Source: a virus | Taxonomy: Duplodnaviria > Heunggongvirae > Uroviricota > Caudoviricetes | Virus record (IMG/VR): IMGVR_UViG_2734482594_000001 | Direction: 5' to 3' (one strand) | DNA: 7,590 nt | Part shown: piece by piece, positions 1 to 7,183 of the stretch | How positions within the stretch are numbered: the first letter of the stretch is position 1 | Layout: the number at the start of each line of letters is the position of its first letter | Made by a program: the position numbers and the translations under genes | Notes under the pieces: model-generated | Database searches by the model: none | Told to the model about the DNA's origin: nothing | Seen by the model: only the letters and a program-made list of their open reading frames with translations

Positions 1-1569
1 CCGGACGGCATGACATCGCTGCGTGAATATGCCGGTTATCACGGCGGTGGCAGCGGATTTGGTGGGCAGTTGCGGGCGTGGAACCCACCGGGTGAAAGTG
101 TGGATGCAGCCCTGCTGCCCAACTTTACCCGTGGCAATGCCCGCGCAGACGATCTGGTACGCAATAACGGCTATGCCGCCAACGCCATCCAGTTGCATCA
201 GGATCATATCGTCGGGTCTTTTTTCCGGCTCAGTCATCGCCCAAGCTGGCGCTATCTGGGCATCGGGGAGGAAGAAGCCCGTGCCTTTTCCCGCGAGGTT
301 GAAGCGGCATGGAAAGAGTTTGCCGAGGATGACTGCTGCTGCATTGACGTTGAGCGAAAACGCACGTTTACCATGATGATTCGGGAAGGTGTGGCCATGC
401 ACGCCTTTAACGGTGAACTGTTCGTTCAGGCCACCTGGGATACCAGTCCGTCGCGGCTTTTCCGGACACAGTTCCGGATGGTCAGCCCGAAGCGCATCAG
501 CAACCCGAACAATACCGGCGACAGCCGGAACTGCCGTGCCGGTGTGCAGATTAATGACAGCGGTGCGGCGCTGGGATATTACGTCAGCGAGGACGGCTAT
601 CCTGGCTGGATGCCGCAGAAATGGACATGGATACCCCGTGAGTTACCCGGCGGGCGCGCCTCGTTCATTCACGTTTTTGAACCCGTGGAGGACGGGCAGA
701 CCCGCGGTGCAAATGTGTTTTACAGCGTAATGGAGCAGATGAAGATGCTCGACACGCTGCAGAACACGCAGCTGCAGAGCGCCATTGTGAAGGCGATGTA
801 TGCCGCCACCATTGAAAGTGAGCTGGATACGCAGTCAGCGATGGATTTTATTCTGGGCGCGAACAGTAAGGAGCAGCGGGAAAGGCTGACGGGCTGGATT
901 GGTGAAATTGCCGCGTATTACGCCGCAGCACCGGTCCGTCTGGGAGGCGCAAAAGTGCCGCACCTGATGCCGGGGGACTCACTGAACCTGCAGACGGCTC
1001 AGGACACGGATAACGGCTACTCCGTGTTTGAGCAGTCACTGTTGCGGTATATCGCTGCCGGGCTGGGTGTCTCGTATGAGCAACTTTCCCGGAATTACGC
1101 CCAGATGAGCTACTCCACGGCACGGGCCAGTGCGAACGAGTCGTGGGCGTACTTTATGGGGCGGCGAAAATTCGTCGCATCCCGTCAGGCGAGCCAGATG
1201 TTTCTGTGCTGGCTGGAAGAGGCCATCGTTCGCCGCGTGGTGACGTTACCTTCAAAAGCGCGCTTCAGCTTTCAGGAAGCCCGCAGTGCCTGGGGGAACT
1301 GCGACTGGATAGGCTCCGGTCGTATGGCCATCGATGGTCTGAAAGAAGTTCAGGAAGCGGTGATGCTGATAGAAGCCGGACTGAGCACCTACGAGAAAGA
1401 GTGCGCGAAACGCGGTGACGACTATCAGGAAATTTTTGCCCAGCAGGTCCGTGAAACGATGGAGCGCCGCGCAGCTGGTCTTAAACCGCCCGCCTGGGCG
1501 GCTGCGGCATTTGAATCCGGGCTGCGACAATCAACAGAGGAGGAGAAGAGTGACAGCAGAGCTGCGTAA
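1..1569 (+). CDS. B: portal protein (lambda gpB-like), 5' end truncated by window edge
   Basis: Frame 1 is open from position 1 (ccg gac ggc atg...; first in-frame ATG at 10) to TAA at 1567-1569. Translation (LREYAGYHGGGSGFGG...NFTRGNARADDLVRNNGYAANAIQLHQDHIVGSFF...) is recognised from memory as phage lambda portal protein B. Position directly upstream of C/Nu3/D/E is as expected. No start or RBS is visible because the 5' end lies outside the window. Confidence 0.93.
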   Translation, partial: PDGMTSLREYAGYHGGGSGFGGQLRAWNPPGESVDAALLPNFTRGNARADDLVRNNGYAANAIQLHQDHIVGSFFRLSHRPSWRYLGIGEEEARAFSREVEAAWKEFAEDDCCCIDVERKRTFTMMIREGVAMHAFNGELFVQATWDTSPSRLFRTQFRMVSPKRISNPNNTGDSRNCRAGVQINDSGAALGYYVSEDGYPGWMPQKWTWIPRELPGGRASFIHVFEPVEDGQTRGANVFYSVMEQMKMLDTLQNTQLQSAIVKAMYAATIESELDTQSAMDFILGANSKEQRERLTGWIGEIAAYYAAAPVRLGGAKVPHLMPGDSLNLQTAQDTDNGYSVFEQSLLRYIAAGLGVSYEQLSRNYAQMSYSTARASANESWAYFMGRRKFVASRQASQMFLCWLEEAIVRRVVTLPSKARFSFQEARSAWGNCDWIGSGRMAIDGLKEVQEAVMLIEAGLSTYEKECAKRGDDYQEIFAQQVRETMERRAAGLKPPAWAAAAFESGLRQSTEEEKSDSRAA

Positions 1570-2869
1570 TCTCCCGCATATTGCCAGCATGGCTTTTAAT
1601 GAGCCGCTGATGCTTGAACCCGCCTATGCGCGGGTTTTCTTTTGTGCGCTTGCAGGCCAGCTTGGGATCAGCTGCCTGACGGATGCAGTATCCGGCGACA
1701 GCCTGACTGCCGGAGAGGCACCCGCGGCGCTGGCGTTATCCGGTGATGATGACGGACCACGACAGGCCCGCAGTTATCAGGTAATGAACGGCATCGCCGT
1801 GCTGCCGGTGTCCGGCACGCTGGTCAGCCGGACGCGGGCGCTGCAGCCGTACTCGGGGATGACCGGTTACAACGGCATTATCGCCCGTCTGCAACAGGCT
1901 GCCAGCGACCCGATGGTGGACGGCATTCTGCTCGATATGGACACACCGGGCGGAATGGTGGCGGGAGCATTTGACTGCGCTGACATCATCGCCCGTGTGC
2001 GTGACATAAAGCCGGTATGGGCGCTGGCCAATGACATGAACTGCAGCGCAGGTCAGCTGCTTGCCAGTGCCGCCTCCCGGCGTCTGGTCACGCAGACCGC
2101 CCGGACAGGCTCCATCGGCGTCATGATGGCTCACAGTAATTACGGCGCTGCGCTGGAGAAACAGGGCGTGGAAATCACGCTGATTTACAGCGGCAGCCAT
2201 AAGGTGGATGGCAACCCCTACAGCCATCTACCGGATGATGTCCGGGAAACATTGCAGTCCCGGATGGATGCAACCCGCCGGATGTTTGCACAGAAGGTGT
2301 CGGCATATACCGGCCTGTCCGTGCAGGCTGTGCTGGATACCGAGGCTGCAGTGTACAGCGGTCAGGAGGCCATTGATGCCGGACTGGCTGATGAACTTGT
2401 TAACAGTACCGATGCGATCACCGTCATGCGTGATGCACTGGATGCACGTAAATCCCGTCTCTCAGGAGGGCGAATGACCAAAGAGACTCAATCAACAACT
2501 GTTTCAGCCACTGCTTCGCAGGCTGACGTTACTGGCGTGGTGCAAGCGACGGAGGGCGAGAACGCCAGCGCGGCGCAGCCGGACGTGAACGCGCAGATCA
2601 CCGCAGCGGTTGCGGCAGAAAACAGTCGCATTATGGGGATCCTCAACTGTGAGGAGGCTCACGGACGCGAAGAACAGGCACGCGTGCTGGCCGAAACCCC
2701 CGGTATGACCGTGGAAACGGCCCGCCGTATTCTGGCCGCAGCACCACAGAGTGCACAGACGCGCAGTGACACTGCGCTGGATCGTCTGATGCAGGGGGCA
2801 CCGGCACCGCTGGCTGCAGGTAACCCGGCATCTGATGCCGTTAACGATTTGCTGAACACACCAGTGTAA
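1550..2869 (+). CDS. C: prohead protease / minor capsid protein C (lambda gpC-like, ClpP/S49-like serine protease fold by recall), 439 aa
   Basis: GTG at 1550-1552 is preceded by GAGGAGGAG (1537-1545) and the frame runs to TAA 2867-2869 (439 codons). Translation from VTAELRNLPHIASMAFNEPLMLEPAYARVFF... matches recalled lambda gpC. The start overlaps the 3' end of B by 20 nt in a different frame. The six-frame ORF (1415..2869) extends further upstream only because no stop intervenes. Alternative in-frame ATG at 1589 lacks an equivalent SD. Confidence 0.85.
   Translation: MTAELRNLPHIASMAFNEPLMLEPAYARVFFCALAGQLGISCLTDAVSGDSLTAGEAPAALALSGDDDGPRQARSYQVMNGIAVLPVSGTLVSRTRALQPYSGMTGYNGIIARLQQAASDPMVDGILLDMDTPGGMVAGAFDCADIIARVRDIKPVWALANDMNCSAGQLLASAASRRLVTQTARTGSIGVMMAHSNYGAALEKQGVEITLIYSGSHKVDGNPYSHLPDDVRETLQSRMDATRRMFAQKVSAYTGLSVQAVLDTEAAVYSGQEAIDAGLADELVNSTDAITVMRDALDARKSRLSGGRMTKETQSTTVSATASQADVTGVVQATEGENASAAQPDVNAQITAAVAAENSRIMGILNCEEAHGREEQARVLAETPGMTVETARRILAAAPQSAQTRSDTALDRLMQGAPAPLAAGNPASDAVNDLLNTPV
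2474..2869 (+). CDS. Nu3: scaffolding protein Nu3, nested in-frame within the 3' part of C (131 aa)
   Basis: Internal ATG at 2474-2476 in the C reading frame is preceded by a strong SD CAGGAGGG (2463-2470, 3 nt spacer). It shares the C stop at 2867-2869. Translation MTKETQSTTVSATASQADV... is an Ala/Gln/Glu-rich, low-complexity product consistent with recalled lambda gpNu3. An upstream in-frame ATG at 2264 (MDATRR...) is an alternative start but has no good SD. Confidence 0.7.
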   Translation: MTKETQSTTVSATASQADVTGVVQATEGENASAAQPDVNAQITAAVAAENSRIMGILNCEEAHGREEQARVLAETPGMTVETARRILAAAPQSAQTRSDTALDRLMQGAPAPLAAGNPASDAVNDLLNTPV

Positions 2870-2878
2870 GGGATGTTT

Positions 2879-3211
2879 ATGACGAGCAAAGAAACCTTTA
2901 CCCATTACCAGCCGCTGGGCAATAGTGACCCGGCTCATACCGCAACCGCGCCCGGCGGATTGAGTGCGAAAGCGCCTGCAATGACCCCGCTGATGCTGGA
3001 CACCTCCACCCGTAAGCTGGTTGCGTGGGATGGCACCACCGACGGTGCTGCCGTTGGCATTCTTGCGGTTGCTGCTGACCAGACCAGCACCACACTGACG
3101 TTCTACAAGTCCGGCACGTTCCGTTATGAGGATGTGCTCTGGCCGGAGGCTGCCAGCGACGAGACGAAAAAACGGACCGTGTTTGCCGGAACGGCAATCA
3201 GCATCGTTTAA
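2879..3211 (+). CDS. D: head decoration protein D (lambda gpD-like), 110 aa
   Basis: ATG at 2879 has SD-like AAGGG (2868-2872) 6 nt upstream; the ATG at 2873 abuts the SD with no spacer and is less likely. Stop TAA at 3209-3211. Translation [43 protein letters not shown]... matches recalled lambda gpD. Confidence 0.93.
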   Translation: MTSKETFTHYQPLGNSDPAHTATAPGGLSAKAPAMTPLMLDTSTRKLVAWDGTTDGAAVGILAVAADQTSTTLTFYKSGTFRYEDVLWPEAASDETKKRTVFAGTAISIV

Positions 3212-3228
3212 CTTTACCCTTCATCACT

Positions 3229-3266
3229 AAAGGCCGCCTGTGTGGCTTTTTTTACGGGATTTTTTT
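3229..3266 (+). promoter_or_regulatory. D-E intergenic element: weak hairpin (AAAGGCC...GGCTTTT) followed by two T7 runs immediately upstream of the E start
   Basis: Seen in sequence: 3229-3250 can pair as aaaggcc / ggctttt (3 G:C, 1 G:U and 3 A:U pairs) around an 8-nt loop. T runs at 3247-3253 and 3260-3266 flank ACGGGA (weak SD, 7 nt before the E ATG). Function is inferred only. Confidence 0.3.
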
Positions 3267-4292
3267 ATGTCGATGTACACAACCGCCCAGCTGCTGGCGG
3301 CAAATGAGCAGAAATTTAAGTTTGATCCGCTGTTTCTGCGTCTCTTTTTCCGTGAGAGCTATCCCTTCACTACGGAGAAAGTCTATCTCTCACAAATTCC
3401 GGGACTGGTAAACATGGCGCTGTACGTTTCGCCGATTGTTTCCGGTGAGGTTATCCGTTCCCGTGGCGGCTCCACCTCTGAATTTACGCCGGGATATGTC
3501 AAACCCAAGCATGAGGTGAATCCGCAGATGACCCTGCGTCGCCTGCCGGATGAAGATCCGCAGAATCTGGCGGACCCGGCTTACCGCCGCCGTCGCATCA
3601 TCATGCAGAACATGCGTGACGAAGAGCTGGCCATTGCTCAGGTCGAAGAGATGCAGGCAGTTTCTGCCGTGCTCAAGGGCAAATACACCATGACCGGTGA
3701 AGCCTTCGATCCGGTTGAGGTGGATATGGGCCGCAGTGCGGCGAACAACATCACACAGTCCGGCGTCACGGAGTGGAGCAAGCGTGACAAGTCCACGTAT
3801 GACCCGACCGACGATATCGAAGCCTACGCGCTGAACGCCAGCGGTGTGGTGAATATCATCGTGTTTGACCCGAAAGGCTGGGCGCTGTTCCGTTCCTTCA
3901 AAGCCGTCAAGGAGAAGCTGGATACCCGTCGCGGCTCTCATTCCGAGCTGGAGACAGCGGTAAAAGACCTGGGCAAAGCGGTGTCCTATAAGGGAATGTA
4001 TGGCGATGTGGCCATCGTCGTGTATTCCGGACAGTACGTGGAAAACGGCGTCAAAAAGAACTTCCTGCCGGACAACACGATGGTGCTGGGGAACACTCAG
4101 GCTCGCGGTCTGCGCACCTATGGCTGCATTCAGGATGCGGACGCACAGCGCGAAGGCATTAACGCTTCTGCCCGTTACCCGAAAAACTGGGTGACCACCG
4201 GCGATCCGGCGCGTGAGTTCACCATGATTCAGTCAGCACCGCTGATGCTGCTGGCTGATCCTGATGAGTTCGTGTCCGTTCAACTGGCGTAA
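3267..4292 (+). CDS. E: major capsid protein E (lambda gpE-like, HK97-fold), 341 aa
   Basis: ATG at 3267 to TAA at 4290-4292. Translation MSMYTTAQLLAANEQKFKFDPLFLRLFFRESYPFTTEKVYL... matches recalled lambda gpE. The six-frame ORF starts at GTG 3240, which lies inside the upstream hairpin and has no RBS, so is unlikely. A second ATG at 3273 is a possible alternative start. Confidence 0.93.
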   Translation: MSMYTTAQLLAANEQKFKFDPLFLRLFFRESYPFTTEKVYLSQIPGLVNMALYVSPIVSGEVIRSRGGSTSEFTPGYVKPKHEVNPQMTLRRLPDEDPQNLADPAYRRRRIIMQNMRDEELAIAQVEEMQAVSAVLKGKYTMTGEAFDPVEVDMGRSAANNITQSGVTEWSKRDKSTYDPTDDIEAYALNASGVVNIIVFDPKGWALFRSFKAVKEKLDTRRGSHSELETAVKDLGKAVSYKGMYGDVAIVVYSGQYVENGVKKNFLPDNTMVLGNTQARGLRTYGCIQDADAQREGINASARYPKNWVTTGDPAREFTMIQSAPLMLLADPDEFVSVQLA

Positions 4293-4294
4293 TC

Positions 4295-4320
4295 ATGGCC
4301 CTTCGGGGCCATTTTCTCTC
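4295..4320 (+). promoter_or_regulatory. perfect 7-bp GC-rich stem with UUCG tetraloop plus U/C-rich tail in the E-FI spacer (possible RNA-stability or partial terminator element)
   Basis: Seen in sequence: ATGGCCC (4295-4301), TTCG (4302-4305), GGGCCAT (4306-4312) are exact reverse complements, followed by TTTCTCTC (4313-4320). It sits 3 nt after the E stop and ends 14 nt before the FI start. Confidence 0.5.
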
Positions 4321-4333
4321 TGTGGAGGAGTTC

Positions 4334-4585
4334 ATGACGAAAGATGAACTGATTGCCCGTCTTCAGGAGCTGGGTGAGCAATTGAACCGCGATGTCAGTT
4401 TGACGGGAACGAAAGAAGAACTGGCGCTTCGTGTGGCAGAGCTGGAAGAAGAGCTTGATGACACGGATGAAACTGCCGGTCAGGACACCCCTCTCAGCCG
4501 GGAAAATGTGCTGACCGGGCATGAAAATGAGGTGGTATCAGCGCAGCCGGATACCGTGATTCAGGATACGGCTGAACTGGTCACG
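4334..4585 (+). CDS. FI: FI (lambda gpFI-like, DNA packaging / head assembly factor), N-terminal 84 codons only; 3' end lost in N-gap
   Basis: ATG at 4334 is preceded by GGAGG (4324-4328, 5 nt spacer). Translation MTKDELIARLQELGEQLNRDVSLTGTKEELALRVAELEEELDDTDETAGQDTPLSRENVLTGHENE... matches recalled lambda gpFI. The frame runs into the N-run at 4586. The ORF-track start at 4295 lies in the hairpin and lacks an RBS. Confidence 0.85.
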
Positions 4586-4666
4586 NNNNNNNNNNNNNNN
4601 NNNNNNNNNNNNNNNNNNNNNNNNNNNNNNNNNNNNNNNNNNNNNNNNNNNNNNNNNNNNNNNNNN
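4586..4666. other. run of 81 N (assembly gap or masked sequence) covering the FI 3' end, FI-FII junction and FII 5' end
   Basis: Seen in sequence: uninterrupted N from 4586 to 4666. By recall, the homologous lambda interval is about 240 nt, so the N-run length is probably not the true length. Confidence 0.95.
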
Positions 4667-4936
4667 ATGACATCCGGTGAGCAGTCAGGTGCGGTGATAC
4701 GTGGTGTTTTTGATGACCCTGAAAATATCAGCTATGCCGGACAGGGCGTGCGCGTTGAAGGCTCCAGCCCGTCCCTGTTTGTCCGGACTGATGAGGTGCG
4801 GCAGCTGCGGCGTGGAGACACGCTGACCATCGGTGAGGAAAATTTCTGGGTAGATCGGGTTTCGCCGGATGATGGCGGAAGTTGTCATCTCTGGCTTGGA
4901 CGGGGCGTACCGCCTGCCGTTAACCGTCGCCGCTGA
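4667..4936 (+). CDS. FII: FII (lambda gpFII-like head-tail joining protein), C-terminal ~89 codons; 5' end lost in N-gap
   Basis: Frame open from the gap edge to TGA at 4934-4936. Translation ...TSGEQSGAVIRGVFDDPENISYAGQGVRVEGSSPSLFVRTDEVRQLRRGDTLTIGEENFWVDRVSPDDGGSCHLWLGRGVPPAVNRRR matches the recalled C-terminus of lambda gpFII. The true start is upstream within the Ns; the ATG at 4667 is probably internal. Confidence 0.85.
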   Translation: MTSGEQSGAVIRGVFDDPENISYAGQGVRVEGSSPSLFVRTDEVRQLRRGDTLTIGEENFWVDRVSPDDGGSCHLWLGRGVPPAVNRRR

Positions 4937-4947
4937 AAGGGGGATGT

Positions 4948-5526
4948 ATGGCCATAAAAGGTCTTGAGCAGGCCGTTGAAAACCTCAGCCGTATCAGCAA
5001 AACGGCGGTGCCCGGTGCCGCCGCAATGGCCATTAACCGCGTTGCTTCATCCGCGATATCGCAGTCTGCGTCACAGGTTGCCCGTGAGACAAAGGTACGC
5101 CGGAAACTGGTAAAGGAAAGGGCCAGGCTGAAAAGGGCCACGGTCAAAAATCCGCAGGCCAGAATCAAAGTTAACCGGGGGGATTTGCCCGTAATCAAGC
5201 TGGGTAATGCGCGGGTTGTCCTGTCCCGCCGCAGGCGTCATAAAAAGGGGCAGCGTTCATCCCTGAAAGGTGGCGGCAGCGTGCTTGTGGTGGGTAACCG
5301 TCGTATTCCCGGCGCGTTTATTCAGCAACTGAAAAACGGCCGGTGGCATGTTATGCAGCGTGTGGCCGGGAAAAACCGTTACCCCATTGATGTGGTGAAA
5401 ATCCCGATGGCGGTGCCGCTTACCACGGCGTTTAAACAGAATATTGAACGGATACGGCGTGAACGTCTTCCGAAAGAGCTGGGCTATGCGCTGCAGCATC
5501 AACTGAGGATGGTAATAAAGCGATGA
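4948..5526 (+). CDS. Z: tail completion protein Z (lambda gpZ-like), 192 aa
   Basis: ATG at 4948 is preceded by AGGGGG (4938-4943). Stop TGA at 5524-5526. Translation MAIKGLEQAVENLSRISKTAVPGAAAMAINRVASS... matches recalled lambda gpZ. Confidence 0.92.
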   Translation: MAIKGLEQAVENLSRISKTAVPGAAAMAINRVASSAISQSASQVARETKVRRKLVKERARLKRATVKNPQARIKVNRGDLPVIKLGNARVVLSRRRRHKKGQRSSLKGGGSVLVVGNRRIPGAFIQQLKNGRWHVMQRVAGKNRYPIDVVKIPMAVPLTTAFKQNIERIRRERLPKELGYALQHQLRMVIKR

Positions 5527-5918
5527 AACATACTGAACTCCGTGCAGCCGTACTGGATGCACTGGAGAAGCATGACACCGGGGCGACGCTTTTTGATGGT
5601 CGCCCCGCTGTTTTTGATGAGGAAGATTTTCCGGCAATTGCCGTTTATCTCACCGGCGCTGAATACACGGGCGAAGAGCTGGACAGCGATACCTGGCAGG
5701 CGGAGCTGCATATTGAAGTTTTCCTGCCTGCTCAGGTGCCGGATTCAGAGCTGGATGCGTGGATGGAGTCCCGGATTTATCCGGTGATGAGTGATATCCC
5801 GGCACTGTCAGATTTGATCACCAGTATGGTGGCCAGCGGCTATGACTACCGGCGCGACGATGATGCGGGCCTGTGGAGTTCAGCCGATCTGACTTATGTC
5901 ATTATCTATGAAATGTGA
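5523..5918 (+). CDS. U: tail terminator protein U (lambda gpU-like), 131 aa
   Basis: ATG at 5523-5525 overlaps the Z stop (ATGA, 5523-5526), suggesting translational coupling. Stop TGA at 5916-5918. Translation [54 protein letters not shown]... matches recalled lambda gpU. Confidence 0.92.
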   Translation: MKHTELRAAVLDALEKHDTGATLFDGRPAVFDEEDFPAIAVYLTGAEYTGEELDSDTWQAELHIEVFLPAQVPDSELDAWMESRIYPVMSDIPALSDLITSMVASGYDYRRDDDAGLWSSADLTYVIIYEM

Positions 5919-5925
5919 GGACGCT

Positions 5926-6745
5926 ATGCCTGTACCAAATCCTGTAATGCCGGTGAAAGGTGCCGGGACCACCCTGTGGGTTTATAAGGGNNNNNNNNNN
6001 NNNNNNNNNNNNNNNNNNNNNNNNNNNNNNNNNNNNNNNNNNNNNNNNNNNNNNNNNNNNNNNNNNNNNNNNNNNNNNNNNNNNNNNNNNNCCGCTTTCA
6101 GACGTTGACTGGTCGCGTCTGGCAAAAGTTAAAGACCTGACGCCCGGCGAACTGACCGCTGAGTCCTATGACGACAGCTATCTCGATGATGAAGATGCAG
6201 ACTGGACTGCGACCGGGCAGGGGCAGAAATCTGCCGGAGATACCAGCTTCACGCTGGCGTGGATGCCCGGAGAGCAGGGGCAGCAGGCGCTGCTGGCGTG
6301 GTTTAATGAAGGTGATACCCGTGCCTATAAAATCCGCTTCCCGAACGGCACGGTCGATGTGTTCCGTGGCTGGGTCAGCAGTATCGGTAAGGCGGTGACG
6401 GCGAAGGAGGTGATTACCCGCACGGTGAAGGTCACCAATGTGGGACGTCCGTCGATGGCAGAAGATCGCAGCACGGTGACGGCGACGACCGGCATGACGG
6501 TGACACCCGCCAGTGCTTCCGTAGTGAAAGGGCAGAGCACCACGCTGACCGTGGCATTCCAGCCGGATGGCGCAACCGACAAGAGCTTCCGTGCGGTGTC
6601 TGCGGATAAAACAAAAGCCACCGTGTCGGTCAGTGGTATGACCATCACCGTGAAAGGTGTTGCTGCAGGCAAGGTCAACATTCCGGTCGTATCTGGTAAT
6701 GGTGAGTTTGCTGCGGTTGCAGAAATCAACGTCACCGCCAGTTAA
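5926..6745 (+). CDS. V: major tail tube protein V (lambda gpV-like) with C-terminal Ig-like (Big_2-type) domain; interrupted by N-gap, apparent frame change across the gap
   Basis: ATG at 5926 is preceded by GAGGA (5917-5921). N-terminal part [22 protein letters not shown] runs in frame 1 up to the gap. After the gap the frame-2 segment [28 protein letters not shown]...[16 protein letters not shown] runs to TAA at 6743-6745. Both parts match recalled lambda gpV. The ORF track splits it into 5896..6108 and 5960..6745 because of the Ns. Confidence 0.88.
5991..6091. other. run of 101 N (assembly gap or masked sequence) inside the 5' region of V
   Basis: Seen in sequence: uninterrupted N from 5991 to 6091. 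The flanking V segments are in different frames (1, then 2). By recall, lambda has only about 22 nt (about 7 codons) between the flanking residues. Confidence 0.95.
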
Positions 6746-6760
6746 TCCGGAGAGTCAGCG

Positions 6761-7183
6761 ATGTTCCTGAAAACCGAATCATTTGAACATAACGGTGTGA
6801 CCGTCACGCTTTCTGAACTGTCAGCCCTGCAGCGTATTGAGCATCTCGACCTGATGAAACGGCAGGCAGAACAGGCGGAGTCAGACAGCAACCGGAAGTT
6901 TACTGTGGAAGACGCCATCAGAACCGGCGCTTTTGTGGTTGCGATGTCCCTGTGGCATAACCATCCGAAGAAGACGCAGATGCCGTCCATGAATGAAGCC
7001 GTTAAACAGATTGAGCAGGAAGTGCTTACCACCTGGCCCACAGAGGCAATTTCTCATGCTGAAAACGTGGTGTACCGGCTGTCCGGTATGTATGAGTTTG
7101 TGGTGAATGATGCTCCTGAACAGGCAGAGGACGCCGGGCCTGCAGAGCCTGTTTCTGCGGGAAAGTGTTCGACGGTGAGCTGA
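6761..7183 (+). CDS. G: tail assembly chaperone G (lambda gpG-like), 140 aa
   Basis: ATG at 6761 is preceded by GGAGAG (6748-6753). Stop TGA at 7181-7183. Translation MFLKTESFEHNGVTVTLSELSALQRIEHLDLMKRQAEQAESD... matches recalled lambda gpG. The acidic C-terminal region contains the slippery heptamer. Confidence 0.92.
   Translation: MFLKTESFEHNGVTVTLSELSALQRIEHLDLMKRQAEQAESDSNRKFTVEDAIRTGAFVVAMSLWHNHPKKTQMPSMNEAVKQIEQEVLTTWPTEAISHAENVVYRLSGMYEFVVNDAPEQAEDAGPAEPVSAGKCSTVS

Noticed and set aside
1415-1549. Upstream extension of the C ORF to GTG 1415 (484 aa ORF in the track)
   Set aside because: The extension exists only because no stop codon intervenes. It has no SD, lies deep inside B, and adds an Arg-rich leader (MTTIRKFLPSRSVKRW...) not expected for the protease. 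The SD-supported GTG at 1550 gives the expected 439 aa product.
3240-3266. E start at GTG 3240 (MWLFLRDFFMSMYTT...)
   Set aside because: The GTG lies within the D-E hairpin and T-tract and has no RBS; the 9-residue extension is encoded by T-rich spacer. ATG 3267 gives the expected N-terminus MSMYTT.
4295-4333. FI start at ATG 4295 (MALRGHFLSVEEF-MTKD...)
   Set aside because: This ATG forms the left arm of the perfect stem-loop and has no SD. ATG 4334 has a well-spaced GGAGG.
4586-6091. N-runs as biological low-complexity or repeat regions
   Set aside because: Runs of N are unknown bases (assembly gaps or masking), not sequence. No repeat, CRISPR or mobile element can be inferred from them.
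23-6398. Plus-strand alternative-frame ORFs inside B, C, E, U and V (23..376, 389..730, 1143..1418, 2208..2477, 4000..4194, 5542..5787, 6168..6398)
   Set aside because: They overlap known genes out of frame, lack SD motifs, and have low-complexity or Arg/Cys/Trp-rich translations. There is no evidence of overlapping genes beyond the known C/Nu3 and G/GT cases.
5896-6745. Two separate ORFs 5896..6108 and 5960..6745 as distinct genes
   Set aside because: They are the two halves of V, artificially split and frame-shifted by the 101-nt N-run. The X-runs in their translations are just translated Ns.
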